From positions 119,910,001-119,974,000 of the forward strand of contig CM059432.1 in assembly GCA_030390025.1 (NCBI GenBank): a stretch of DNA of 64,000 bases, written 5' to 3'. The position numbers and the translations under genes are program-made. Shown piece after piece: positions 34,687 through 48,003 of the stretch (its first letter is position 1; every line of letters starts with the position of its first letter). The DNA is from Squalus acanthias (lineage: Eukaryota). The notes beneath the pieces are model-generated. The model saw only the letters and a list, made by a program, of their open reading frames with translations. It was not told where the DNA came from and did not search any database.

Positions 34687-34699
34687 CAACAGGAGGGAC
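34687..34699 (+). promoter_or_regulatory. Polypurine tract
   Basis: CAACAGGAGGGAC immediately before the 3' LTR. Confidence 0.75.
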
Positions 34700-36304
34700 T
34701 GTAGAATTCGCAATTATCGCGATTTCATTTTATTAAGGAGAAAACACAAGTTTCGTTCAAAACAGCTTTTATTTCAGCGGAATGCTGTCAGGTTTAAATT
34801 GGACACAAGCAGCCTGTAAAATGGCCGCCGCACCGCGTGACAGAACATTCGAGACTTTTCGGCAGGCAGACAAGATGGCGTTCCATTAAACATTCTTGCA
34901 AGATCGATAACGATTCAGCACAGTGAAGACATTACACAGGACATTATGGGTTTACAGTATAAACATCGATACTGGAATCGGTCTCCCAGGTACAAAGGAA
35001 AGCCATCAAGGGCCCATCCAAAGGACATTAATATGTAAACTCCCAACGGCTCTACGATGAGAGAGCCGTTAGCAGGTAGTTATGCAGGACATTTGGAAGC
35101 CCCAAACCCCTCCAGGGGGAACACCGACCGATTTAACAATGGGAGAAGTATTAACAGGTACTCAAACATTCAGGAGTAGCCCCGAAACCCATTAAAGACA
35201 GAGATCACCCATACAGGACTTTTTGGGCGCCAAACCTTAAACAAAAGAATGGACATTATAGTTGGGCGGGAAACGGAAGAACTGTGCACTATAATTGCAG
35301 GCCCAAACCGTCCATTCTGTCTCTTGATTCTTGCCTCTTGACTTGATTCTTGCTCCTGCCTCGTGTTCGTGACTCTTGCCGCTTGCTGCTGTTATCCTCG
35401 TGGCTGATCCTGGGTAAAAGACTGTTGCAAAGACCTATGTTGGTAGCTGGCAGCGGAACCGAAGGCCCGGGATGAGATGAGATGAGATGAGATGAGAGGA
35501 GAAGAGAAGAAGACCTTATCCATCGCCACGGTCAGTAAATCCCGACCGCGCCTGTAGGTCGATCAGCCAAGTCTTCTTGACAACGAAGTTTTCTTCTAAC
35601 AAAACATATTGCATCGATGATAACTGGACTGTGCAAACACATCGTATCAGCGATATTGACAACGGTGTTCCACCATACCCTGTATCCAACCAACAGAGGT
35701 CTTCACTACAGCGGACGGTCCAGCCGACTGACCGAGCAGCAGAAGCAGTAAACAAGTGGGACCAGGAGATCTCCTGACCAACACGTGGGTGCTGCGGTGG
35801 AAAACATCCGATCAGCTATTCGGGATTTCTCCGAGTTATTACGAGTGGTGAGCATGAGTCTCGGGATCCTACGAAGCTAGTTTTAGGATAGTTATTGATA
35901 GGGGAGGGTTTAAATTAAGGATATTTGTAATGTGTGCCCTATTTACGTTGTGCTGGTCGTTCCTCGTTTCCCTAAGAGTGATTATAACCGTTTGTAAGAT
36001 TGTACTGTCATTAATCTGTGCATATGACATGTATTTCATAATTTTAAGTATCATGCAATAAAGATTTTCCATTTCGTACCGTTCAAACCAAGTCTACATG
36101 AGTTTTATCTCCATTACTGCTCTCGCATCTAAGTCCAGTGTCTAGAACCGTAAGGGAGAGTGATTCGAACCACTCACAGGGGTGTCTAGTGTTCCCAGAC
36201 TGGCTGGAGACCAGGCCTAGACCCGCACTGACATACAGGCCGCACAGAGCCGCGTGAACCTCACAGGCTACGAGACACGCAGGGTCAGGAGAGTATCCCT
36301 TACA
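34700..36304 (+). repeat. 3' LTR (1605 bp)
   Basis: Direct repeat of the 5' LTR. Identical small ORFs appear in the track at a constant offset of 10983. Confidence 0.97.
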
Positions 36305-36736
36305 GTATACCCTTGTGTTTTTGATTCCAAAGTCTAAATCATTAATGTAAATTGTGAACAGCAGTGGTCCCAGCACTGATCCTTGTGGAACACCACTACC
36401 CACCTTCTGCCACTGTGTATAGCTACCATTTACTCCTACTCTCTGCTTTCTGTCCTGAAGCCAGCCAGCAATCCATTCTGCTACTTGTCCCCTGACTCCG
36501 CATTCTCTGACCTTCTTCATCAGTCTATTAGAGGAGTGTTTAAAAGCTTGCTCAAAGAGGTAGGCTTTAATTAGGCTCTTAAAAGGGGAGAGAGAGGTGG
36601 AGAGGCAGAGAGCTTTAATAAGGAAATTCCAGAGTTTAGGGCCTAGATGGTTGATGGTGTGCAATGTGGGAGCGAAGGGGAAGGGGATACATAAGAATCC
36701 AGAGTCCGAGGAAAGGAGAGTTCTGTACAAAATTAG

Positions 36737-37204
36737 GTGTCAGCCTTGGCTCTGTGGTAGCACTACTGCATCTGAATCAGAAGGTTGTGGGCTCAAGTCC
36801 TACTCCAGAGACTTGAGCACATCATGTCAGCTGATATTTCAGTGCAGTACTGAGGGTGTGCTGCACTGTCGGATGTACCATCTTTCGGATGCGACATTAA
36901 ACTGAGGCACTGTTTTCAATCTCTGGTGGACTTAAAAAGACCGATGGCACTATTCAAAGAAGAGCAGAAAGCTTCTCCCCAGTGTCCTGGCCAATATTTA
37001 TCCCTCAACGATCATGGCTGAAGAAAAACAGAATATCTGGTCATTATCTCATTTTTGTTTGTGGGACCTTGCAGTGTGCAAATTGTTTACCGTGCTTCCC
37101 CACATTATAGCAGTGACTACACTTCAAAAAAACTTCATTAGCTGCAAAGCACTTTGGAACGTCCTGAGGTTGTGAAAGTTGCTATATAAATGCAAGCTCT
37201 TTCT
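36737..37204 (+). mobile_element. DeuSINE (SacSINE1/AmnSINE-like)
   Basis: tRNA-like head, Deu-domain-like core (GATGGCACTATTCAAAGAAGAGCAG...GTGTCCTGGCCAATATTTATCCCTCAAC) and L2-type tail CTATATAAATGCAAG. Confidence 0.78.
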
Positions 37205-37394
37205 TAATATATGGACAATTATTGCCTTTATTTGAATTTGTTCTTTAAGAGGGTGCAGGTATGAATGTTTGAACTCTTGTCGTCAGATAGTTGAAGCTTA
37301 GGATTTTATAGTGATCTGACCTTTGGCTCCAGAAAGCTGGGTCAATCACAGCTTTGAACATGAATGGCTGGCACGTTGTTTGCCAAAGTAAGCA

Positions 37395-37625
37395 ATTGCA
37401 TCACTTTCCCCATGGCAACAGCTTGAGAGGACCTTTTCACTTTTTCCAAATGACAGGTGGCGGGTGTTATTGATGGTACCCATTTTGCTTTATGTGCTTC
37501 TGCACACAATGGTAAATCCTTCATGAACCACAAAAACTACCAATCCATCAACATTTAACATGTCTGTGATGATCAGCACAGGATCATGTAGGTCAATACC
37601 TGCTTCCCAAGTTGCGGTCATGAGG
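37395..37625 (+). pseudogene. Ancient Harbinger transposase remnant
   Basis: Translates to QVAGVIDGTHFAL...FMNHKNYQSINI*HVCDDQHRIM*VNTCFPSCGH. Confidence 0.65.
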
Positions 37626-39281
37626 GAGAGAACAGAGAAGCTGAGCTGAAAAGGTGAAATTGCTGGGAGCATATACAACTACACCCAAGTGTTCTGTTGC
37701 AGCCCATAATGATGTCATGTGCAAGCATCATGCGATTGCATTAAAACAGAAGGATTGGTTTCAAGAGCATCCCTTTCAGGACATAACTGAAGGAACACTT
37801 GAAGGTATAAGTTGCAATGCCAAGTGTACCTGTTGCACAATGGTCATGCATACTATTCCTTCAAAGTACTACAGGATAGTGCATGCAAGGGAGAGCAAAT
37901 ATATGTGCAATGCCTACTTTTGGACAACTAATTAATATAGTGTTCTGGTGCTTTGATTCATCCAGTGAAGCTTCCAGGTGCTCTGAGTGTTACTCGGTAT
38001 GGACGTACAAAGTTACCTCTACCCATTCACCTGTGGCCAATGCTTTCGGATACAAAAGAGTGACACCCTTCTCTGGGGCACTTGCTAAATCAGCATTTCC
38101 ACTGATGCATTGGAAAGTCCAGGGCATCTTGGTCCAGCTCCTTTCGAAGATGACATTTTGTTTTCTAATCAAAATCAATAGTCAATCTTTCAGCCAAAGA
38201 AATGCCTCCCCTTTAAAGTGACGCCTCAGGACTTTAAAACCTGTAACACAACCAGATTTCCTGTCTACCAACCATTGTTCACACCAGGAGCTTGCGCCAA
38301 TTCTTACAATGAGGATGATCCAGGAAGTCATAGTAGGGTCAGAACTAGTCTCCTGAGAGGTTCACACGTGGACCTGATAATTGGAGCGAGTAAATACCTT
38401 GCATAGATTATTTGAATGAGCTCATAATTAGACTTCCTAAAAAATCAATTGGTAAATAGAGGGCCTAATTTGGAACTAAGCTTTATAGACCAGAAAAATC
38501 CCTGGTTCAAAACATGACCTGAGTAAGCTCATCTAAGATAAGGCAATGGTGTAGGGAGTACTGTAATTGGGCTTAGCATCCCTGAGCTAAGGAGGAGAGG
38601 AATAAGTCAGGATTCCCATTCCTAGTTGTTATGTCTACTAGAAAGTGGGCATGTGTGGAAGTTAGGTGAGGACATCAGGTTCATCTATGATGCCTCCTAT
38701 AGTCCAATAACTTGGCAACACATCTTATCCATCTCATACTTTGGGTGAGGCGGCAGAAGATAGCCAGCATCCATACAACCAAATATTAGCACAAGTCAAA
38801 TGCATCCAGGAGAGGATGGATAAAAAATAAAAAGTCAAAAAATTATATCACTGACCCAAATGAGTCCTAGAAAAATGTTTACCAACATCACATATTGCTT
38901 CAAATAAAACAGTATATAAAATTCATTCCTTTAAGGCACAAAAACCCCACAGGAAAAGTGGTCCAACCGTGGCTAACAAGAGAAGTTGAAGATAGTATTA
39001 AATCAAAGGAGGGGGCTTATAATGTTACCAAAAAGAGTATTAAGCCTGAGGATTGGGAGGATTTTAGAATTCAGCAAAGGAGGACCAAGAAATTGATAAA
39101 GAAAGGGAATATAGAATATGAGAGTAAACGAGCAAGAGACATAAAAACAGACGGTAAAAGCTTCTATAGGTATGTAAAAAGGAAAAGATTAGTGAAAGTA
39201 AATGTGGGTCCCTTACACGCTGAGACAGGAGAAATTATAATGGAGAATAAGGAAATGGCAGAGAAATTAAACAAATACTTT

Positions 39282-40156
39282 GGCCGGGATCTTACCTGAA
39301 GAGGCGCGTTGGGGGCGGGACTGCTACCTTTCGGGTTCTAGTCCCGCCCCCAGCGACGTCCGATGCACAGACGCTATTTTGCGTCAATTGGCCTTGTTAA
39401 GCCCGACCTGTGGGCTTGCCGGCCAATTAAGAGAAAGCCGGTGTCAGATGACGTCAGTTGATGACACGTCATCTGCCGATTTTCTTAAAGGGGCCACCAC
39501 CATTTCTTTTTGACAGATGATTTTTTCAGTGTTTGACAGCATTGAGGTGCTGCAAACACTGACAATCACTGTACAAAGGTGAGCCCTTGCACCCAGGCTC
39601 TCCAGTGAATCTCTCCTTAGGGTAAAACAGATGGTAGCTGCAGGTGAGTTTACAGAAGCGATCTGTCTCTGGTGAGAGAGGTTCTCCCAATGAGCTGGGA
39701 CTACACAAACACTTCAAAGCTTGTCACGTACAGAAAATTCTAAACACATTAAAAATGACTCTCCCAACATTTTCTTACCTCTGCAACTCACCAGTGTCCC
39801 ATTGGATCCTTCACACCACTTCTGCAGCTGTCATCTATACACAAACATTACAGTAGACCCACAGCACATTTACCCTGGCGGGGTTTCCCGATATCGAGAA
39901 GCCCTCAGTAGAAAAGTCAAAATTGGAAAAAGCCTCTTAACTGCCTGTTAACTATCTGTTAACAAGCAGTTAAGTGCCTATAATCCTCTTCCTGCTGCTA
40001 GGAGTCGGGTCCCTGCGCAAATCGGGGACCCGACTCCCGGAATGATTGATTGGAGGCGGGTTGGAAGCGAGTTCGGGACCTTCTGCCAATCTTTTTGATT
40101 TTGCCAGCAGTCCTACCTCCAAAGCCGACCCCTGAGCGCTGGCAAAATCACCCCCC
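39282..40156. mobile_element. Harbinger-type MITE in CR1
   Basis: Interrupts CR1 at KYF|VSVFT. Degenerate TIRs; homologous to the 55367 and 56365 MITEs. Confidence 0.7.
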
Positions 40157-41383
40157 CAGTGTCTGTCTTCACGGAAGAAAACGCAAAAAACTTGCCAGAA
40201 ATAATGGAGAAGCAAGGGTCAAGCGAGAATAAGGAACTGAAATAAATTAGTATTGGCAAAAAAAATAGTAGTGGAGAAATTAATGCGACTGAAAGCTGAT
40301 AAATCCCCTGGATGGCCTACATCCTAGAAAGAGGTGGCTATAGAGATAGTGATGCATTGGTTGTCATTTTCCAAAATTCCATAGATTCTAGAATGGTTCC
40401 CGTGGATTGGAAGGTGGCAAATGTAACCCCACTATTTAAGAAAGGACGGAAAGAGAAAACGGGAAACTACAGACCAGTTAGCCTGACATCAGTAGTAGGG
40501 AAAATGCTAGAATCTATTATTAAGGACGTGGTAACAGGGCACTTAGAAAATAATAATAGGATTGGGCAGAGTCAACATGGATTTATGAAAGGGAAATCGT
40601 GTTTGACCAATCTGTTAGAATTTTTTGAGATTGTAAATAGCAGAATAGATAAGGGAGAACCAGTGGATGCGGTGTATTTGGATTTTCAGAAGGCATTCAA
40701 TAAGGTGCCACATAAGCGGTTATTAAACAAAATTAGGACTCATGGGATTAGGGGTAATATACTAGCATGGATTGAGGATTGGGTAACGGAAAGAAAACAG
40801 AGAGTAGGAATAACAGGTCATTTTTGGGTTGGCAAGCTGTAACTAGTGGGGTACCGCAAGGATCAGTGCTTGGGCCTCAGCTATTCACAATCTACATCAA
40901 TGATTTGGATGAGGGGGCCAAATATAATATATCTAAGTTTGCTGATGATACGAAGCTGGGTGGGAATGTAAGTTGTGAGGAGGATGCTTCAAGGGGATAT
41001 AGATATGCTAAGTGAGTGGGCAAGAACATAGCAAATGGAATATAATGTGGGGAAATGTGAAGTTATCCACTTTGGTAGGAAATTAGAAAAGCAGAGTATT
41101 TTTTAAATGGTGAGAGATTGGGATATGTTGGTGTTCAGAGGGACCTGGGTGTCTTTGTACACGAATCACTTAAAGTTAACATGCAGGTACAGCAAGCAAT
41201 TAGGAAAGCAAATAATATGTTGTCATTTATTACAAGAGGGTTTGAGTATATGAGTAAAGACGTCTTACTGCAATTATATCGGGCCCTGGTGAGACCACAC
41301 CTGGAGTATTTTGTACAGTTTTGTTCTCCTTACCTAAGGAAGGATATACTTGCCATAGAGGGGGTGCAACAAAGATTCACCAG

Positions 41384-43641
41384 AAATAACAACAGAAAAT
41401 GCTGGAAACACTCAGCAGGTCAGGCAGCATCGAGGAGAGAGACAAAGGGGTAAAAATTCACTTGGTTGCGCCACCCGTTAGCGCCTTAAGAGGGCGCTAA
41501 TGGGGCGCAAAGCCGCTAACGCCCGGGCGCAGCGATGTTTGCGCCGCTCGAGAACTTAACTTGAGATTGTGCGGCGGCGCTAAAACTTACCGCTGCGACC
41601 ACCTGCGCGCGCAGATTGTGACGTCATTCCATGGTGCAACGCCCTTGGGGCGCCCCGTAGCGGAAATTGAGTGGCGCCCCCTGCCTTACCGCCTGGCGCT
41701 TCCAACGACCAGAAGACTGGAACGCTATCAATCGCTGTGGGGCTGGGGGGGGCGCTATTTAAAGGGGGCCTCTTCCTGTCTTTTATTGTTGGTGGCATTT
41801 TGAACTACGCATTCTGAGAGAGAGAGGGAGAGACTTCTGGAGAGATTCAACGTTGTGTGAAGGAGTTTTGGGTACTGAGCAGCACTTTGCAGGTTCATTT
41901 TGATTTGCCTTTCCTTGTATCGATTTAGCAGAGACCGTGGGAGCTGCACTCTGAGCTCTTTGCCTGGTGCTCTCCATTGTTCTTTCCAGCACATTTGATG
42001 TGCAAGTCTCTCCAGGCCGAGATTCAAGGCAGCAATGAACAGGATGTGGATGGAAAGCAAGATTAACCATCCCCTTTAAGAACTGGCCCGTGCCATTGTG
42101 TGTGTGTTCCATTGCTGACTGACATTACATGAGCTTCGCCAGCGCTCCGAGTTAGCGCCTCACTGCTCGGCCTTTGCGCCTTAAGAGAGGTGTGCAGCGC
42201 CTGCTTTAGCGCTCCACTCACCTCCCGGGGTGGTAAAAGTGAAGTTTCCCGTCAGTGCCGATAATTAGCATCAGGCGCTAATATTTGCGTCCGGACGATA
42301 TTTGCGCCCCAAATGGGGCGCGACCTAATTTCTACCCCAAAGTGTCAATGTTTCGAGTTGGGGACCCATCGTCAGAACGGGAAAAGGTTAGAGAAGAGAA
42401 ATTCTTAAGCAGGGGCAGAGATGAGGGGAGGAAAGAACAAAGGGAAGCTCTGTAATAGGATGGAAGGCAGGAGAGATTGACTGACAAAAAGCAAAAAAGA
42501 GGTAATGGGACAAGTTAAGAAACAAAAAATGACTGTAGATGAGGTGTGATTGATGATGTCAGCATCATTAACAGCTACTATGTGAGAAAACAAGAGAAAA
42601 AAAATAAATATAAAGAAATACAGGTTATAGTCTGAATTTGTTGAATTGTTGAACTCGATGTTAAGTACAGAAGGCTGTAAAGTGCCTAATAGAAAGATGA
42701 GGTGCTGTTCCTCGAGCTTACATTGAGCTTCACTGGAACAGTGTAAGAGGCTGAGGATGGAGAGAGCAGTGTGGGAGTGGAGCGGAGAATTAAAGTGACA
42801 GGCGACCGGAAGCTCGGGGTCGCACTTGTGGACTGAACAGAGGTGTTCCCCAAAGCGGTTATCCAATCTGCGTTTGAACTCCCCACTGTAGAGGAGACCG
42901 CATCGTGAGCAGCGAATACAGTATACTAAATTGTAAGAAGTACAATTAAATCGCTGTTTCACCTGGAAGGAGAGTTTGGGGCCCTGGACAGTGGGAAGGG
43001 AGGAGGTAAAAGGACAGGTGTTGCATCTCCTACACTTGCATAGAAGGTGCCGGGCGAAGGGAAGGGGTGTTGGGGGCGATAGAAGAGTGGACCAGGGTGT
43101 CCCGGAGTGAGCGGTCCCTTCAGAATGCTGAAAGGAGGGGAGGGGAAGATATGTTTGGTGGTGGGATCACGCTGGAGGTGGTGGAAATGGCGCAGGATGA
43201 TTCATTGAATGTGGAGGCTGGTGGGGTGGAAGGTGAGGACAAGGGGAAACATATCATGGTTCTGGGAAGGAGGGGAAGGGGTGAGAGCAGAAGTGCGGGA
43301 AATGAAACGGACATGGTCGAGGGCCATGTCAACCATGGTAGAGGGGAATCCTCGGTTGAGGATAAAGGAAGACATACCGGAAGCACTAGTATGGAAGGTG
43401 GCATCGTCAGAACAGATGCAGCAGAGACGAGAAACTGGGAGAATGGAACAGAGTCCTTACAGGAAGTGGGGTGGCAGGAAGTGTAGTTCAGGTAGCTGTG
43501 GGAGTCAGTGGGCTTATAGTGGATGTTGGTCGATAGCCTATCCCCAGAAATGGAGACAGAGAAGTCGAGGAAGGGAAGGGAAGAGTCGGAGATGGACCAT
43601 GTGAAGGTGAGGGAAGGGTGGAAATTGGATGCAAAGTGAAT
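41384..43641 (-). mobile_element. Penelope-like element with GIY-YIG endonuclease remnant
   Basis: ORF 42405-42962 contains FNCTSYNLVYCIRCSRCGLLYSGEFKRRLDNRFGEH. Terminal repeat CAGAAAATGCTGGAAACACTCAGCAGGTCAGGCAGCATC. Inserted in CR1. Confidence 0.8.
41447..42338. mobile_element. Harbinger-type MITE in Penelope
   Basis: TIRs GGGGTAAAAATT / GGGGTAGAAATT; 3-bp TSD AAA at 41444-41446 and 42339-42341. Confidence 0.88.
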
Positions 43642-44569
43642 GATTGGTTCCTGGGATGGGGGGATTGTCCTATGAGGAGCGATTGAGTAGACTAGGCCTA
43701 TATTCTCTAGAGTTTAGAAGAATGAGAGGTGATCTCATTGAAACATACAAAATTCTTACAGGGCTTGACAGGGTAGATGAGGGAGGGTATTTCTCCTGGC
43801 TGGGGAGTCTAGAACCAGGGCTCACAGTCTCAGAATAAGGGGTCAGCCATTTAGGACTGAGATGAGGAAAAATTTCTTCACTCAGAGGGTGGTGAATCTT
43901 TGGAATTCTCTACCCCAGAGGGCTGCGGAGGCTCAGTCGTTGAGTATATTCAAGACAGAGATCGATAGATTTTTGACTATTAAGGGAATCAAGGGATATG
44001 AGGATAGTGCAGGAAAGTAGAGATGAGGTAGAAGATCAGCCATGATCTTACTGAATGGCAGAGCAGGCTCGAAGGGCCAAATGGCCTACTCCTGCTCCTA
44101 CTTATTATGTTCTTATGTTCTTCAGATAGGTTCTATTTTGATAAATAATGTAGGATTGCTGATGTATGAGATTGGATACAAACATTATTTTCTATCTCCT
44201 TGATGTAGGTATGTCAATTTAGCTCTTACATACAGACACACAAATACGTGTGCACATATAGGGCTGCATATTTATCTAAGTGAACCTTTACATGCCTCAC
44301 TAACAATATGACTATTTCACAATAATACTGATGAGTGAGCCTTTGGTTTAGTAGTATATTGCCTGCTTCGGAGTCAGAAGGTGCAGAATTCAAACCTTTC
44401 TCCAGACAGTCCTGCCGAGTGAAGTCTGGAGCTCTGGCTCTATGTTCTCGGTTGACATCCAGCAGGATATTCGTGGGAGGGGTCCCTCATCGTATGGGTT
44501 GTGGGAGCCTGGAAAACCCTCCCACTGTATAGGACTAATCACCCTTTGGCTGGTATGAAAAATGGTTAT

Positions 44570-45062
44570 GGCCACAACCATCAACAACACTCAAAAAGCT
44601 CGACACCATCCAGGACATAGCAGTCCACTTGATTGGCACCCCATCCACCACCTTAAACATTCACTTCCTCCACCACCGGCGTACCATGGCTGCAGTGTGT
44701 ACCATCTACAGGATGCACTGCAGCAACTCACCAAGGCTCCTTCGGCAGCACCTCCCAAACTCGTGACCTCTACCACCTAGAAGGACAAGGGCAGCGGGCG
44801 CATAGACACAATGTCGCCTCCGCGTTTCCATCCAAGTCACACACCATCCTGACTTGGAAATATATCGCCGATCCTTCATCGTCGCTGGGTCAAAATCCTG
44901 GAACTCCCTCCCTAACAGCACTGTGGGAGTACCTACACCACACGGACTGCAGCGGTTTAAGAAGGCGGCTCACCACCCACTTCTCAAGGGCAACTAGGGA
45001 TGGGCAATAAATGCTAGCTTCGCCAGCGATGCACACATCCCGAGAATTAATATTAAAAAAAA
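44570..45062 (+). mobile_element. 3' fragment of the 17060-20133 LINE family
   Basis: Highly similar to 19685-20133, including the CAAGGGCAACTAGGGATGGG tail. Confidence 0.85.
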
Positions 45063-45767
45063 GTGTTCACGTCACAGCCTGTCAAGACTGTTAATCAGTC
45101 TTGGAATACTGCCACTACTTCATACAATTCTCCAAGGAATGAGTGCGAAGATACACAGCAACAACGACAATAAAATTACAATTTCAACAGGACTGGATAT
45201 CTTTTTATTCTTCACCTATACCTTTTTATATAAAAAGCATCATCTCCATCCCTGAGGGAGGCTATTTGTAAGACAAAAATGTAATTTTATTTTGCACTCG
45301 GTGTAGTCGAGTTGGAATAGATTCTGGCCCCGATATTTATGGCGAGGCGGGGAGGGAGTCGGGGTGGGAGGGTCATAGCAGCCGGGAAACCCGGAAATGC
45401 GATTAACCCAGAGGTCCTGCTGATTTTAATGGTAGGACCTCATTTAAATGACTTCCTAAAGTGTGATGCCCAGAATTGGACACAATGAGCTGGATTTTGT
45501 CATTGGGGGCGGGTTGGGGTCGGGTCAGGTGGTCGGCGGGTCCCGCCCACGCCTCCGATGTGAGGCGGGCCAATTCAGCGATATTGCCCTAATTGGGCAC
45601 ATAATTTCCAGCATGGGGGAACGCCTGGCCCAATGAATCTTTTGGTCCTGAAACTCGCCTCTGATGACGTCATCTATGCAGCTGCATCTAAGGCCTGCAA
45701 GCAGCCTTGGTTCATTTTCTGCCTTACAACTTTTTGCTGAGACTTCTGAGGGATTAGTGGTGCACAG

Positions 45768-47736
45768 ATGTCAAGCTCAAGACCCAAGTGCGCACTCCGC
45801 TTTGATGAGGACTCCCTCCAAGCTCTGGTGGAGGAAGCAAGAGCTCATAAGGAAGTGCTGTTTCCTTCTTCTGGGAGGAAAAAACCTCCCCAGCAGACCA
45901 AAGCTGTGTGGCTGCAAGTGGTACAGGAGGTGAGTGCGATTTCAATGTGTAGCAGAACCTGGCTGCTGTGCAGAAAGAGGTTTCATGACCTTCTCCGCAC
46001 AGGAAAAGTGTGTATTACATCACCATGACCCTCAATCAGATCCTCATCGCCACTCATCACCAGCACTCTTCATTGCCAACCTCCTCCTCCACATCCCACT
46101 TGACCCTTATATCCCTGCACCCTTAACCATTCCCTCTCTCTGTACTATTCGACTATGCAGCCCTCACACTCCCGATAACTGTTATGCTATGACAACAACT
46201 TACAACACACAGGGAGGGCCCATGGTCTTGGGACCTCACTCCATCTTTGTGTCCTTCTAAGCATCTATGCTATGGATTCTCTACACTCCTTCATTCTCAC
46301 TCAAACCACTTGTGTCCCTCATTGCAGGAAAAGAGAGCCCACAATAAGAGGGAATGGGCGAAGACCGGAGTAGGGCCACCCTCAATAGCCCAGCTCACCA
46401 GTGCAGAGGAGGCGGCCCTGGAGATCGTGGGAGTCGAGGAAGATGCGCAAGTGGGAGATGGACAGAGGGGCGCATCAGAGCAAGCTGGTGACAGAATAGT
46501 TTTGCATCTCCCTCATTGACATTGCATGAGTGACTGATGTTGATTCAATGCTCTAACAGATTGACTTATGATCATCTGCAAAATTCAATGTGCATGCAAC
46601 GTTTATCTCACATGTCTAACTCTTTCCTTTACTCCCCCACAGGACCATCGACAGTCCCCCTCCCACTGTCCAGGAGGAACAGCCTGAGCCACCAGACTCC
46701 TCAGAGGAAGCTGCAACCTCTGAGGGCGCAGTGTCAGCAGAATTCAGCGCACCCAGCACCAGCGCAGACACTCACACCTCGGTGGGACCTTCGGGAGATA
46801 AAGTAGTGATGTCACCTGGTGTATCACAGCTCACAAGTGAGCATCAGCAGATGGTGGAGACAGAGACAGCAGTGGAGAGTCCTCTGTCGGAGGGCGCAGG
46901 ACTCTCCCAGCTCGGCTCAGCTGCATGTCGACCCTCTGCCTCCGGGTCCATCCAGAAGGAAAGCGGTGCTGAAACTCCAGGAACAGGTGCAGGAGTCTCT
47001 GGCAGGTTTTGTCTCCAGGGTCGCTGCGAGTGCGGAGCGGATGGAGGAGTCCATCGCTAACATGAGCAGAGCCTTTGTGGAGGCATTGGCGCATGAACGC
47101 ATCACCACGGAAAGGATGGCAACCTCCGTGGAAAGGATGGCTACCTCCGTGGAAAGGCTGGCTACCTCCGTTGTAAGGCTGGCTACTGTAGAGGAGAGGA
47201 TGGCTACGGTAGAGGAGAGGATGGCTATGGCCATTGGGGAGCTAAGTCACCAGGGTCTTGAAAACATGGTCATTGATCAGAATAGACTAACATCTCTGGA
47301 GGAGCGATGGTCAGCTGTTGAGCAGAGAAACCAGACCTTCATGGAAGTCCTCTGGAGTAGGACTGCCAGTGCAGAAACGGGTCCTCATGGCCCCCCTGAA
47401 GTGCAGCAAGGTGCTGTCAAGCCACTTGCTAGCTCTGAAGTGGGGCTGACCCATGAGAGGGATGTTGGTGGAAGACAACAACGAAGTGGGGGCTCCTCTC
47501 CAAGCGCTCACACTCCCGTGCCACTACAGAGCCCTCGGTCAGAGCCCCACCAGAGTCCCCACCCAACTGAGATCGGCGTCTCATCCCCTGCACAACCACA
47601 GGAGCAGCAGACTGTTGCTGAGCCCTCACAGGCTCGCAACCCCAGAGCACGCCCGCCAAAGTTGTCGAGGCACGAGCAGCGTGAAAGTGAGCAAGGGGCC
47701 TCCACACCTGCTGAAGCAACAGGGGAGCACGCGTAA
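45768..47736 (+). pseudogene. Harbinger Myb/SANT DNA-binding protein gene, 3 exons (45768-46007, 46328-46487, 46643-47736), frameshifts in exon 3
   Basis: RFDEDSLQALVEE...WLQVVQEV...RTWLLCRKRFHDL. GT-AG introns with compatible phases (0, 1). Heptad repeat in exon 3. Confidence 0.8.
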
Positions 47737-48003
47737 GAGGAAGATAAAGCACAAGTAGTCACAAGGGTAGTCACTTGGGTGTTCTGTTGTGTTTAATTCT
47801 GAAATGCCATCCGTGAATTAATGTTATAAAATGACTTGATGGCAAACTGTTGAAGTTGTGGGCTGTGTCATTTCACAAATGGAGGGCTCAGGGCGAATTG
47901 GAATTATCAGTATGGTGGTCAAAGTGATAGGAATCCGCAGGTTCTTGTCCATTGTCAATGGTGTGGTAAGAAGGTGCGAGGCAAATGTGTTTGATTGGCC
48001 AGC

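Larger units (their letters stand above)
23717..36304 (+). mobile_element. Intact endogenous retrovirus-like provirus (LTR-gag-pol-env-LTR), lokiretrovirus-like
   Basis: Two 1605-bp TGTA...TACA LTRs offset by 10983 bp; TSD GTAT at 23713-23716 and 36305-36308; PBS, PPT and three long open ORFs. The element structure is directly visible; the lineage name is an inference. Confidence 0.95.
38915..44122 (+). mobile_element. CR1 LINE interrupted by a MITE and a Penelope element
   Basis: PWLT, NYRPVSLTS, YLDFQKAF, VPQGS, FADDTK and VRPHLEY in successive ORFs. Resumes at 43642 and ends in a TTCTTATG tail. Confidence 0.88.

Noticed and set aside
36083..36730. 215-aa minus-strand ORF
   Set aside because: A chance fusion across L2, CR1 and LTR sequence.
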